Source of the DNA: Lama guanicoe
Lineage: Eukaryota
NCBI GenBank assembly: GCA_013239625.1
Contig: MU053994.1
Location: forward strand, 2,113,589-2,177,588
Length of the DNA stretch: 64,000 nt
Direction of reading: 5' to 3'
Made by a program: the position numbers and the translations under genes. The notes beneath the pieces were generated by a model. It did not search any database and had not been told where the DNA came from. It was given only the letters and a program-made list of their open reading frames with translations. Below are positions 27,559 to 41,150 of the stretch, in pieces (position 1 is the stretch's first letter; each line of letters begins with the position of its first letter).

Positions 27559-29048
27559 GGCGGGCGGGAGGGGGAAGCGGAGAGGCGAGGTTCCGGCCTC
27601 CCCGGAGCGCAGGGCCTCTAGGGCGAGCCGAGAAACCCCAGTTCGTGAAGCGGGCGGGAAGGGGTGGGAGTGGGGGAGTGGTGTTCCGGCCTAACCGCAC
27701 CCAGACCGCGGGCCCGAACATCGCGGCAAAAGGTGACCCCAAGTCGGTTGCCGGATGGGGTCTTTTTATGCTGACGGTGGGGGAGTCTCTTTCTGCCTAA
27801 GGACAAGATGGTGCAGGCTCGATGAGAACATCAATCCGAAATGGAGGTAGCTTGTAAATCCACACGGAAAGTTTTAAAATATCCTGGAGTGTCTCCATGC
27901 CAAAAATAATCAAAAGCATCTCAAGTTGATAACTAAGTCAAGGTCAAGGCCAAAATCAGCTCTAGCTAGCAGATCCCTTTTAAAAAATTAGACTTAATAC
28001 TGACTGCGGGACTGGTGTTAGGTGCGACTTTATTTATTCTTTTTTAGTTCTCAGTACATAGTTGTAAAAAACAGCCCTTTTCAAAGCAGAAGTGAAACAT
28101 CTCTACCGTTTGAAACCCGAAACTTCGGGCAGAATTCAATCTTCATGCTCCAGAGCTGCTTATAACAACTGATGCAAAAGACAGGCGGGCAAGTGCCCCT
28201 GCCAGCAGTCCCTTGCCCTGCTGAGCCGCCACCGCTTCCAGGACCCGCGCCTGCATAATGGAATGTACGCCTTTTTCTTCCCAGTCTTTCTGGAGGTGGA
28301 TGTCTCTGAAAGCTAACCCACACATTTTTTTAATCTCCGGTAACAAGCAGAAAGACACCTGGACTATTATGCTGTAAAGCTATTTTTTATAAAGACATTT
28401 TAGGGCCAGACATTAAAAGTTATTAGACTGAACGCATGCGAGTTACAAACACAGCTGGAGAAAAGGCCTCTGGTTGTGTGTTGTAGCAACATTTCTTTTT
28501 GAAGCGATTCCTTTTATTCAAAACAAGTCTAAAATAACCGGGAAGGCTGAAGTTGGGTATTTGTGGGGAAACTCTCTGAACGCCGTTCCAGGCAAGGAGG
28601 CCGCTGTGCCACCGTGGGCCGCGCGGGAGAGCTGGCCTGGGCGGGTGCGGAGCCGTGCCAGGCTCTTCCGGCTCAGTTAGGCCGCCACAGAGACCCTGGC
28701 CCCATGCCCGGCCACCTTCTCTCTCCTTCCCTTACGTCCCCAACTCTCCCCCAAGGCACAGGCTTTTCCCGGAGTTAAGAGTCGCATGTAACCGTCCAGA
28801 ACTTTTGGAAAATCCAGGAACCAAGTGAAAGCATGGAGCCCGCTGCCTCTCCGAGTCCTGTGGCCTCCCGGGGCTGCTGACAAAGGGGCCTGTTTGTCTA
28901 ACTTTAAAAGTCCTAGAGTTAAAATGAATTGGGGAGGGGGGTGGCGCTGTAAATGTGAAGGGGCCTACAGGAGGGCTGACTGTGGGAGAAATTTGATGCT
29001 GGAGACAAACAGACCAGTAAATTCGCCTTTGACGTAATTTGCAGCATT

Positions 29049-29072
29049 CACACACACACACACACACACACC
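29049..29072. repeat. (CA)n microsatellite
   Basis: About 12 CA units. Confidence 0.9.
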
Positions 29073-32054
29073 CGTTTTTTAAGGAGTCTTGCCTCCGAGA
29101 TATCCTCCTCTCGTGCAGGCTGGTGGGATTAAAGGGTTTCTCCACCATCTCCGAGGGATACATTTTCCAACTCTGGGATTTTTAAAATATCTTATTAAGG
29201 GAGTCCTCAGAGACATGAATGTGTGTGAGTGGGGGAGGGGTTCATGACTCCCTGGGAATTAAAATGTGAGATCTTTCCCGAGGTGCTTTAAAGCAGAGGA
29301 GGGGTGGTGAGTTTACACCTATTGGCCTGGTTAGTTGGAATTGTTCCAAGGAGGAGAAGCAGAAAGCTCACGAATGGCATTCCGATCTTGTGTCCCCACT
29401 CGGGAAGGGGCTCCGGGAGCTGAGGACACCACAGAGCCTGCAGTGTGTGCGGGCCTTCTCCTGCTCCCTCCTCCCCTGCCCTCCCACGAGTCCCTCAGGA
29501 GCTGACCTGGGGGTCAGGCTGTTACACTCGGCCCTCAGCAAGGGGAGGATTTCAATGAAAGCAGAGGAGGAGGCAGCAGAGAGAGCCAGTGAGTGAGCTC
29601 AAGGGAGGGGAGGCCGCACAGGCAGCAGAGGAAAGGAATAAAGAAATAGGCACAGAAAGCAAGGTCGTTCCAGCAGAGATGCAGGGCTACCCCTCTTCCA
29701 CCTGCCTCTTGTCCCCTCGGAAGGGTCACCCGGTTATAAGCTATGGCCCTCGGGTACGCTTACGCCGTGGACTCTACCCAGCCTCTGCAACTGGACAGAC
29801 AGGTTAACGCTTCAGGGAGCAGGCCTGGAGCCTGATCCCCCTTTCCTGGCCAGGCTGACTGTATAAGGCCTGCCAGGCCCTCTTCCACACCTTCAACCTC
29901 CACCTAGGCCTAGGGGAACTGTCATGCATCCTGGGGTGAGGTTCTTACCCAGTGTTTGGGGGATCCTGGGACCCCAACATCGTGTGTGGGGTTCATTTGT
30001 AACATATGTGCGGGGACTAAATCACAAAGCTCTGTAGTCCCTCGATGGCCCTCTTCAGAGGATGTTCTCACGTCTATGATGCTGGTTATTGGAATAGGTG
30101 GGATATAGGTAATTACTGATAATGCATTTTCACTTGGCATAGTGTGAGCTAGTCCGTTAATGTTAACTATTTTGAAACACACACAAATAACCACACTAAT
30201 AGTCTTCCCTGGTCACTTTGTAAAAGAACTCTGGGCTTACCCAGTGACGCTTAGAAGATCCACTGGCCCATCCCCCAAGCACAAGGCATCCTTGCCTCAG
30301 GGATTTCAGTTATCTGGAAACATCTAAAGGTAGCTAGCTGCCTCCCCTGGCCAGAGTCTGCTAGACTTAGGGATTGTCAGGTTGAAGATGGCTGCTCTTT
30401 CTGCCTAGTCTTTGAAGGGTTTGGGGGCATTTGCGAGAGGAGGGTCTAGAAGGCAGGTCCAGCGTCTGGGCTGGATTTTAAACTCTGACCAGGCACCGGT
30501 GGATGAACTGCCCGTTACACCAAGGGGCTTGCTGCTTAGATGGGTGTCAGTCGAATGAGCATAAATACTGGTGCCTTGGGGAGGCCGGGTCTTGCTCTCC
30601 ACCTGGCTCCAGTTTAAGAGCCCTCGAAGCTGCGGCACTGGGTCGGGTGCTCCTGTAGACAAACTCGGATGCCGAATCCCGCCCTGGGTGCTTATTTAGC
30701 GAGGTCCCTTCAGCTCGTATTTTACCCGGCCAGGGGCAGTGAGTGGGAACCGCAGGGAGAGGGCGCGGAGAACACCAACTCCTCGCCCGCCGACCCAGCA
30801 GGCCGGCCTTCCGCCCCAGCCATTTTGTATACAGCTTCCCTCCTCCGAGGCCGCGGGACCCCTGCAGACAAGCACCACCCCGAGCCCCTTGGCAGAGACT
30901 GGAGGGATCTGGAAGGATCCACCAGCCCCTAGCTCGGGGCAGGAAGGGAGTACGGCCCAGCGGATGGAAATGCGGTGCTGATCTGTCCCTAAATACCTCT
31001 GAGGCCCCCACGAAGTCAGGCGCAGAGGTGAAAGGCGCTAGGTGGTTGCCTCGGGAAGGTCAGCCAGGAGCAAAGCTTGGGGCTAGCGCAGGGCTGGGGA
31101 TTCCAAACAGCCAAATCCGTGGCACTCTCTCCCACCCCCTCCTCCGGGTCCACTCTGCTCTGCCTTGATGCTCCCCCACATCCCGGCACCTCCAGCACGT
31201 TAGCAGCGGAGCAGCCCCCAGCCAGGGGTGTGGATTGGGGGGTGGGGGGCGGGGGACGCAGGGTGGTTTGTGTTGGGAGGGCTGACAGAACCTTCTGTGT
31301 GCGGCGAAGGAAGGAGGCTAATGCATAATGCACAGCGCCTGGAAGCCCGGCCATTAGCGGCCTGTCGGTGACACAGACAAACGACTGAGAGGGAGGAGAT
31401 CCAGCTCGCTCTAGAGTTTAAATATACCAGCGTGGAGGGGAAACGCCATGATTTAAAAGTGTGTGTTTGCAGACACTCGCATATATTTTAATGATTTCCA
31501 GCAGGCCATGCGTCCCAGCTTTGCATCCCCCTCCCCAAAAGGGGGATGTGTATAGAAGGGAAGGGGGGCATGAAGGCAGAGTGTGAGGCCTCGACCCGAG
31601 ACCCACCGGTAGCTTTTGAGGGATGAAATGCAGCAGGGAGAAAGCCAGGCCTAGGGAAGCCACACGACCCAAGGCCATCCCCAGATTTTTTTTTTTTCAA
31701 TCTGGCCATCAGGCTTCCACTCGGGACTGGACCTTCTATGTTGTACTAGAAAGGCCTGGGGGAAGGAATAAACCCTGCTACCTTGGCTTTCCCCAGGCGC
31801 CCACATTTCTGAATCTTCCCTTTCCACTGACAATCCAGAGACCTCCTTCCTCCCCGTTTAACACACCAGTGTTTTTTAGCAATTAAGGCGAGAAGGGGGT
31901 GGGGATAAAGATAAGCCAATTTTTTTTCCGCCATGCAAGTGTGAAAGATAAGATAACGCTAAGCTGAGGCAAAGCGGCTGCTTACAACCTCCCCTCAGCG
32001 ATTTTGATCGGTCACTTCTTATCTCGGAAAAATGCTCCTTTCGAAAACTGCATC

Positions 32055-32086
32055 AAAAAAAAGAAAAAGAAAAAGAAAAAGAAAAA
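32055..32086. repeat. (AAAAAG)n simple repeat
   Basis: aaaaaaaagaaaaagaaaaagaaaaagaaaaa. Confidence 0.9.
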
Positions 32087-32479
32087 GGCTGAAGGAAAGC
32101 ATTTTCATTTGGAAGTGACATTTAAAACCCACCTCCTCTACACCAGCACCCCCCTCTCCATCCACGGGGCTCCCCAGGAAAAGTCGCACCTCTACTACGG
32201 GGTTTCAGGCTTTCTCGTGGGGGGCAGGATTACTAGTGTAATTAGGCTGAATAAAACCAGGGATGCGTGATGAGGATTTATCCTGCATCCAACCCCAAGC
32301 TCGCAGCCGGGTTTTCCTTCTCTGAGTTACTGATCGGCGTTTGTGTTTCACCATCGCGCTCGTGTGTTGAAACTAAACAGGTAGTTATATTTGGGAGGGT
32401 CATATAACTATGTCAACACGAAGTGGTTGTTAATGCGAAATACTAAGAAACTCTGCTGATTTTTACAGGCCCCTGTAAA

Positions 32480-35400
32480 GGAAGGAAAAGGCGTCCTGCG
32501 GCCCGGAACCCGAGAACTCTCGGCCGAACCGGACTCTCGGGGAGTCTTATAAAATCCTTTTCTCCGCACAAAAATCTCACGAAGGGGTTTCCGGAGACTT
32601 TGTATTTGTTGAGGGAGGTTTCGGTATTGAACTCCAGGCCCTCAGGGCGGCCTGTGAATTCCCCCCCGCCCAGGTGCTGGCCCCAGATCGCAAACATCAA
32701 GGCAGGCGCCCCAGGCCGAGTTGATGAGCCTCTGCGCCCACCTCCGGCTTGGAGCTCCCCAGCTCCCACCTCTTCACCCCCCATCCCGGGTTCGCACCTC
32801 GGCGCTGGGCGCACACTGAGTCTGCTCCCTCTGGGGGAGCCTGCACGACCTAAAGCCCGGGGCCAGCCGCGGCCGGATAGTCCCTGGGGAGCCGAAACCG
32901 CCGAGCGGGGAAACCCCTCCTCTCGCCCTTCCCCGAAAAGCCTGGCCGCGGCGTAGGCGCCGAGCAAGCGGGCATCCGCTGACAGCCGGGCCTCACGTAA
33001 GGCCCACACGCGTCCCATTAGTCAGCCTGAGTTCCCCTCGGGCGAGCCGTCTGGCGCTGCCCCAAGGCCGGGCGCGGGCGGGGAGGGGGTGCGGGGCCGC
33101 GGCGAGCTGGAGGCGGGGCGGGGGCACGGGCTCTGCGGGGCCCGGCCAGGCTCGGTTCCGCGTTCCTGGGCCCGCGGGTAAGCTGAGCCGGCGGGGCAGG
33201 CCGCTCCCAGGCTGGCGCCGAGGCGCCGAGCTGCGCTTCACGTGCCCGCCATATCAGCGGCGGCGGCGGCGAGGAGCGGGGGCAGGGAGGCGCGCCGCAG
33301 CTCCCGCGGGGTCTCCGGCCCCCGCCTCCCCCGCCCCGCGGGGGTGCTGGGTCGGGACCACCCCGCAGCCCCCATCCCCGCGCCAGCCGAGAGTGGCGCT
33401 GCCAGACGCCGAGAGGCTCCTAGGGCGCAGCTCCGAAAGCTACGCGGCGGCGGCAGCAACCAGGGGAGGGTGCTCCTCGCAGCCGCCCCGGGAACTTCCC
33501 AGCCACCCCGCCGCCGCCGCCGCCGCAGTAACCGGGACCGGAAGCCTTTGCGCCGCCCGGAGCGGCCTCCTCAGGCCCCCAGGGCTGTTCCAGACGGGGG
33601 CTGGCCGCGCGTCACCCTGGATCCCTCCCGGCCCCAGGCGGCCGCCCTCGCCCTGGGGCATCCCCATTTAAGACCGGAGAACCCTTCTCGCGGTCCAGTG
33701 AGACCTCCCTCTATTACCGCCATCAGCGCGACTCCCCCCGCAGCTGGGACGGGAGGGGCGCGGAGCCGCCACTCCGGCCGGGCAGGAACACCTGCTCCCG
33801 GGCCCTGCAGCTGGGCGCGTGGTGCCGGGAGAGGCTGCCTACTGTTGTGTGCAGAGATCGCAGAGGAGAAAATGGGGCTCCGAAGCTCAGGGCCAAGCGC
33901 AGCAGCGCCTCGGCCGCCCCCATCTCCCACCGTTTCTGTGCGATCAAGCCCGAAGCTTGGGGACTCGAGTCCCTCTGAGGGTCGAAGGTCCGCCACCCCT
34001 GGGATCCAGCTTCTGGCCTTAAGAGGTCGTTCGCGAGACAAATGGGGCAAAACCTGTTTTGGGAGCCTTCCCAGTGTCCGCCCCCGCTCTCCAAACCAGA
34101 CACACTCATCGCCCCTCGGCCCCTACTCTAGCCTCCGGCGAGGGACGTGAGTAGGTCATGGCGGCACTGGTACCAGGTTCGGACTTTGCCACTCCGTGTG
34201 GGGAGGGCAGATGGACCCTCCCCATCTCTGTGCCCCGAGGAGATCGAGCGGCCGAGATGACCCGCGCTGCTTGTCCTGCCTCACCACCCCCTCTTGCCTC
34301 CCCCGTCCCGCCCTCCCCGGCGCTCCTGGCCCAGGGCCCGGCCGGGGAAGGCGTTGTTTTGCCAGCGGGAGCCGAGCGAGTGCGCAGAGAAAAGCCTCCC
34401 TGCTCTAATGAGAGTGCACACAGCGCTGCAGCGAGGAGGATGATTACCCGGCGGGCGGGGGGGCGCGGGCCCGGGCCGCGGGCGGCGTGTGCGGCGGCCC
34501 CGCGGGCCCGGAGTCCCCGCCTGTCTGGCTGCTAATCGCACGCTTTCTGCTGTTACGGAGGCAGGCGGGAGCCGGCGGCCGAGCCCAGCGCCGGCGACTC
34601 GGCGGGTGACACGGAAACATGGCGCAGCGCCCCNNNNNNNNNNNNNNNNNNNNNNNNNNNNNNNNNNNNNNNNNNNNNNNNNNNNNNNNNNNNNNNNNNN
34701 NNNNNNNNNNNNNNNNNNNNNNNNNNNNNNNNNNNNNNNNNNNNNNNNNNNNNNNNNNNNNNNNNNNNNNNNNNNNNNNNNNNNNNNNNNNNNNNNNNNN
34801 NNNNNNNNNNNNNNNNNNNNNNNNNNNNNNNNNNNNNNNNNNNNNNNNNNNNNNNNNNGTCTATAGAAATCGTTTGCTTTTGTCCCGAGTTCTCGTTAAA
34901 CCAAACTTGTGGTGGCAACGGAAGGCGATGCGGGCGGGGAGGGGCCCGGGGATTTTTGGCAGCAGCCGACCAGAGCGTGGTGGAAACTTCTCTCGCTGGG
35001 TTCCCCGCCACCCCGCCTTCCCCCCTTCCCCCTCCCCTCACACACACAGGCCAGTCGGCCTGCGGACGCTTCCCCCTTCTCCCCCGAGAGGCCTCAGCGC
35101 TCCAGGAAGGAGGTCTGGGCTAGAGGGACTGTGACCAGGGGAGAAGAGCCTAGGGTGCATGTCTTTGGGCCCCGAGTTTTTGGCACTCGGTGACCTCGCT
35201 CCTTGAAGCCCTGACTTGCCTCTCTCTCGCTTTGGTCATTGGGGCTTTGTATCAGCCGGTGGAGAAGGAAGGGGAGGGAAGAGAAGAAAGTGGTTCACGT
35301 GTGTGGTTTTTATATTAAGGGTTTGTTGGAATCTCTCACCTCCAACTGTACAGCCGCTTTTATAGGATCTCGAGTGAGAAGGGGGAACGTGGGCCCCACA

Positions 35401-38150
35401 GGGGAAAGGGTCAGAAACCTAGGCCTGGGAGCTGGATCGTACTCTACTGGTCGGCTCAGCTACACTCGGTCCGCACGCGGGGTGGGGCGACCCTGCAGAG
35501 TGGAGGACGGACGGGAGGGCCCGGTCCCTCGATCCAGGAGACGCCAAATCTCCCTCCCTCCCCACGCCCGCCGCCCCCGCGAGAGCGCAGGTCCCCCTGG
35601 CGCGCTCCCCAGCCCAGAGCGCACGCCGTGGCTCCGCACCGGAGCTGCTCAGGCGGCAATTTTTTAAGCCTGCAATTAAGCGAGGCGTCGCCGTGTCCTC
35701 TGCTAGTGTCGATCCTGTCAGTCGCACATGGCCTTGGTGCTCCGGTCCGAGGCCCCGCGATTAGTCACAGGCTCGCTTCGCTCCTTCCCTAATCCGCCTC
35801 TGCAGGCAGCCTGGGGACGCGGCCGACTTGGCGGCGCTGGCAGGGAGCCACTGCGCGCGGGGCGGGACGCCCGGCCAGTACCAGCCCCGCTGCGCCCGAG
35901 CCAGCGCGGGCCCCGGGGTGCGGGCTTGGGACTCCCTCCCCCCTTCACAGCCCCCAGGCTGGGGCGGCGGCGCCCCTCCTCCTCTCGCCCCACTCCCGGG
36001 CCTGCGAGATCTATTTGTGTGGTGTCATTTGCATAAAAATAGGACAAGTGTTTCAGTGCGTTCGAACGCGGGAGGCGAAATCCTTATTGATGTGTCTGTG
36101 TGGAGCCCTCGGTTGTCGGAGCGGTTTGATTTAGGGTGTTTGTGTTGCCTTCTGCGAGAAATGAGAGGAAATCCTGCGCAACGCCTTCGGCGGCCCGGGC
36201 CCCCCAGAGCATCCCCTCTGCACGGCCCGTAACCGTCCACCGCCTGGACCCTGGCGCGCCAAGTCCACAGCGAGCAGGTTGAGGGCCAAGCAGGCGACCC
36301 ATTATGACTTATAAAACCGGGCGGCCTAATCACCAGCTGCCAACCCGTTTACGTGTGGCGCTTCCCAATGCTCCCTTCGCCTGGCCCGGGCCTCCAGCAG
36401 GTTTGCCCCGGACACGGCTAGAGCCGCTCAGTGGGGGCTAATCAAGTGGCCGCTCGTTCCCGTCGGCGGCGCGGCTTCCCTTCCCGGGCGACCCCCGCTC
36501 TCCCGGCCTTTGCGCTGCTAGCCAGCAACTCCTCAGCTTGGACAAATAGCTGGGAGGGCGCCGGCCGCGCGGAGCCAGTAAATCAATCATTAACTCCCCG
36601 GCGAGGCCTGGCCAGGGGAGGGAGCGGCGGCCAGAGCCGAGTCCGTGGGGCGAGGCCCCCACCCTGTGTTGGGAGCCGTCCACGCGCCAGCAGACAAGGT
36701 GCGTGAAAGTGGGTCCCCCCAGGGCCTCCCAACCCCCTCCAAGAGCCTCCGCCTGCAGGGCCTTGCAAGCCCGCACCTCGCCTCGCTGGGCAGGTCGGGT
36801 TACTGTGCGGCCCCCGGGCGGGCTGGAACATTAACAAGCCGCCCCGGGCCTTGCGGCCTGCTCTCCCCAGGAGAGCCTGCCGCGCTTGGTCAGGCTCCTC
36901 GGATCCGGTCGGGCTCTTCCAGACACCGGCTTGCCAAACCAAACCGATCGCCCCCGTGTCGACCAGGTTCCCTGCGGCGCCCTCCCCCACGGAGCCCACC
37001 GTGGGGCGGCACACAGTGGGTTAAAAGCTCCGGTTCGCCGTGGCTCTTCGGCGGCGCGGAGGAAACGCTGATCAAAGTGCTCACGGGGAAGGAAACACAC
37101 ATGCACACTCGGGCCTGGGTCGAAGAAGGCCGACTGGAGAGACGGCTCGGGAGCCGCCTGCCTCGACCCGCTTCCCACACTCGCGGGGACGCGGTGGCAG
37201 CCCGCGCGATTCTTTCCGCGGAGCTCGGCGCGGCGGGGCCGGGAGGACGGCGGGGAGGGGGAGGAAAGCGCCGGGGAACCGGGAGGGCAGGCGTCGGCCC
37301 CGCTCCGCCAGGCTCCCGGGGCCTCGGCGCCGCGGCGCGGGTGTCCCCGCCCCCACCCCCACCCCCGCGCGCGCCCGGCGCGGCTGGAGGGCTCTCGGGG
37401 GCTCGCGCTGCGGAGATCCACTTGTCAGTTCAAGGGCAGGACAGAAACTCTGCAAGCGGAGTCTTGGGAACAGGAATTTTCTCATTGACAAGGTGCTGCC
37501 CCTCCCCCACGCCCGGCTTCAAAACAAAACAAAAACCCGGCGCGAGCGGCCAACGCACGCAGCCTGGGCCCGCCGTGGCCTGCGCCCCTCCGCCGCTTCG
37601 GCGATCCCCACTGCGCGGCCCCGGCCCGGGGAGTGGAGAGCTCGCCGAGCCCCGGGCCCCGAGCGCAGGCGGCCGCCGACAAACAGGCCCGGCGGGCAGG
37701 TTGGACTCGGGCCCCGCCGAGGGCGCCGGGCTGCCACCCTCCGGGGCCCGGGCAGGGTCGGGCGGGGGGGGGGAGCCCGGGAGGCTCTGCGCCTTCTCGG
37801 GTTATGAACCCGGCGGAGCGGCCGTGCAGAGCTGGAGGCCACCGGGTCAGCGGCTCCCGGGAGGCGTGGGGGGCGGGGAGGCCGCGCGGCGCCGCCGACT
37901 CGGTGAATCCCTCTGCGGGGACCCGGGAGGGCGGCGAGCTCGGCCTGGCAAAGTTCCTGTGGAAACTCCATGTTTAGAAACTCCAGCGGCGTTGCGGGAG
38001 ATGAGGGAGAGGAGGGCGCTCGGGGGCGGCCGGCACCCGCCTCCCTCTCCGGGGGAGGGGGCCCCGCGCGCCCCCCAGCCCGAGGCGAAGTCTGGAGGGC
38101 GGGGACGGCCGGGTCCCTGGGTCGATTCTTTTGTGTCTGCCCCTCTCTTT
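32480..38150. promoter_or_regulatory. Large upstream CpG island complex (about 5.7 kb)
   Basis: Continuous GC/CpG-dense sequence, (GCC)n/(GGC)n runs, GC boxes; boundaries approximate. Confidence 0.85.
34634..34858. other. Assembly gap (225 N)
   Basis: Run of N. Confidence 1.
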
Positions 38151-39199
38151 CCTCCACACTCTAAAGGAGATGTCTAAACCCGTTTCGTTTATTGAATTCA
38201 GCCAGAAGAGGAAGGCTGCCTTTTTAGGGACCCGATATTCAGAGTAATTTCGTATTTGACACATGTAAATACTTAGTACTCTCAGGTAAGGTCAAATTAT
38301 TTATCATCTTAATTTATATTTCAATAGGCCTACAATTTAGAGGCGCGAAATGCCTCCTTATGAATCATTATGGTCTATTAGGGGAAGTAATGTATAAACA
38401 GCACTATTTGGGAGGGAATCACTTATGTTGACATTTAAATGGCTCTTCAATAGTTAAAAAAAAGAGAGAGAGAGACATTCGAGTGCCTTTGATTAAATAT
38501 ACAATTTACACGACCATCAGCAAAGCCATCAGGAATATAAATTCTTCTTGGGATTTTTATTTATTTATTTCCGATTTTTTAAAAGCCTTCCAGGGCGTGC
38601 ATGTCATTTAATTCCTATGGGAAAATCCACAAATTTCAGGCAAAATATTCTCTCCCCCAGCTAATGGCTTATCAGAAACCCAGGGAATCACCGGAAATGT
38701 GGGCAAACTCCACCAGCAGGCACCCCAGTGGGATATTGGTAGGTCTTTGTACCTCAGTAACAGCATCAACCACTCTATAACAATATTGCAACGGATTTAT
38801 GAAACATCGTAGCTTCCCTGCTGGAGTGGAACCTTCCTGAAGGCCTGTGTCCATCCGTCCAACCCGCCACTTCTGCAGCACTCAGCACAGGGCCTCATAC
38901 CATTTTAAGTCATCCTCCTACACCTGCTAAAATATCACAGGCAGAGGCTCTTCCTGGCTGCCTCCCTCCCCCACCCCATGCACTCTTTATTGAATTACCT
39001 TGTTGTATTCATTCCCTTGAAGCATCTCCCATCTTTAGAATGCCCTTCCTTGACCCCACATCTCCTTCCCCGGCTCCCTATTTATCTGTTCCCCTGCACA
39101 GCTGTACTTCTCAAAAGAGGTGTCTACATCCATGTGGTATTTCCATTTCCTTACCTTGTGTGCACTCGAAAAATCAGCTCGTTTTGAAGTTATTCTGAG

Positions 39200-39500
39200 A
39201 TATTGGGATAAATGCAGCTTTGTTTGCAACAGTATAAGATTAGAAACAACCTAAATGCCCAGCAATGACATTGATGGTTCATGCATACCACAGAATACTC
39301 TGTAGCTATTTAAAAAAAATAAAAAAGATCTGCCCTGTAGTATCAATAGGAATGACCCCTAAGGTCTATTGTTAGAGGAAAAACATAATGTGCAGAAAGG
39401 GTATGTATAGTATGTTGCAATTTGAGTATATTACAGTTTGTACAAAAAGCAACAGGATACAGAGATATTTATAGATAAGTGCATTAAACATCTTCACCTC
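39200..39500 (+). mobile_element. Ancient L1 (L1M-type) 3' fragment
   Basis: tagaaacaacctaaatgcccagcaat...cacagaatactctgtagctatttaaaaa resembles the L1M ORF2 end/3'UTR. Confidence 0.65.
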
Positions 39501-40104
39501 TGCTGGGGAGCACCCCACCACCACTGTCTTCATTTTCAGAAATGGGAACACAGCACACAAGCTGTTCCCTACCTCACCTAAGACACTTATCACTACATCT
39601 TACAGATCATTTTCTCTTAGAGATGAGCCTTGTCTGTGCCAAGGCTCGTGGAATTTCACTGTATAGATACATCATTTATCACTCTTCAACCACCACCCTC
39701 CCTGTCGATTCTGCAGAAAGTGTTCAAGTTCACTGGTCACTTCCCTGTTGCTTTGGGGTGGGGGGTATGTGGTTCAGGACTTCCTTGGCCTTGGAAACAC
39801 TCAACACCCCTGACCGCTCCCCGCTTGAACTGCTCTTGGCTTCCCAGATGCCACACACACATGGTTTTCATTCTACCTCTGAGTCTCTTTCAGTCTTTTT
39901 CTGGACTCTTCTCTATGCTCTATTTCTCTATGCTCAATGCCTTGGGCCTGGAGCCTCCCTTCCCCCTCCCCAGTCTCATCCAGGCCCCTGTCTTTAAATA
40001 CCACCTTCTTGCTGATGACCCTTCAATTTGTTTTTCCAGTTCCAGACCCCCGTATCAAACGGCAGCCCTGATATCTCAATTTGGCAATCTACAACCCGCT
40101 TACT

Positions 40105-40305
40105 GCTAACAATAGCTAACATTTGCAGTGCTGGCAACACTCTTCCAAACGCTTTATAGAAATGAACTATTAATCCTTACAACTACCCTCTGAAACAGGT
40201 AGAATTATTATGCACATTTTACAGATGAGGTCACTAAGACAGAGAGGTCACAGAACGTTCCCAAAGCGACTCGGAACATGGTGGAGTTAAGATTCAAATC
40301 TAGGC
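40105..40305 (-). mobile_element. MIR SINE
   Basis: aatagctaacatt...cattttacagatgagg...ttcccaaag...agattcaaatctagg. Confidence 0.75.
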
Positions 40306-40469
40306 CGAAAAAACAAAATCAATTAATCTACAAATATTTGGGAGTATTTACTAAATGCCAAGCCCTGCAACAGGTCCTGGAGTAAGTGTGGTAAGCAGGA
40401 CAAATTATCCCTTAAAAAGGGACGAGCTCTTCCCCTGGAACTTGTCCTTTGTCCCAACTGCCTTCCCTA

Positions 40470-41150
40470 TCAGAGAAAATGTCTCAGCCACTTAGGTGCT
40501 TAAAGCAGAATCCTGAAGATGGGAGGGAAGGATCCTTCTTGACCTGTCTCCTTCCTCAAGTCCGCTGGCAAGACTCAGATTCTGCTTCGAGATTTTCTAT
40601 CCAGTAAGCCCACTTCTTCCCATTCTCCCAAGTCCGCCTTGACCAGGGTAGCATCTCCTTGCCTGGATTAGCATACAGGATTATTATTCCCACTGGTCTC
40701 CAGGCTGCCACTCTCACCTCCCTCCATCCCATCCTCCACATGGCAGCTACAAAGGTCTTTTGGGGGAAAAAAAAAAACATGTCACATGTTGCTACCCGAC
40801 TAGTTCCCACTGCACTTGGAAGAAAACCTAAACTCCTTAACAAGGCTTACAATCCCTGTCACCTTGTGGCTTGCCACTGTCCACCCTACCCACCGAGGGC
40901 CTGTAGTCAGCTCCTTCATAGGCTCTGAGTCTTCCTCCCTGGGCTGTCATCTCCCCAACAAGACTGTACACTCCATAAGGACAAGGCGCACCATCACTGT
41001 GGACTAAGTTTGTGTCAATATCCAGCAACAAACGTGTATAAACGTAATGTTCTCATAAGTTTGCAGCACATTCATGGCATAGTCCCTGGCACAAATAGAT
41101 GCTTAAAAAAATACTCGATAAAGAGTAAATGAATCATGGAATGCTTAATA
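40470..41150. mobile_element. L2 LINE fragments
   Basis: ctggtctccaggctgccactctc...tcctccacatggcagc...aaactccttaacaaggcttaca...cctggcacaaatagatgcttaa resembles the L2 3' region. Confidence 0.6.

Larger units (their letters stand above)
24180..27760. promoter_or_regulatory. BCOR: Main CpG island / proximal BCOR promoter
   Basis: Extreme CpG density, tandem GC boxes (ggggcggggcggggcggggcggg about 26003-26025), first-exon donor at 25677. Confidence 0.85.

Noticed and set aside
24300..27800. Long ORFs containing X runs
   Set aside because: Artefacts of assembly gaps.
33242..38177. 302-aa and 510-aa ORFs in the CpG island
   Set aside because: Stop-codon depletion at very high GC; Arg/Gly/Pro/Ala-rich, non-ATG starts, ORFs in many frames at once.
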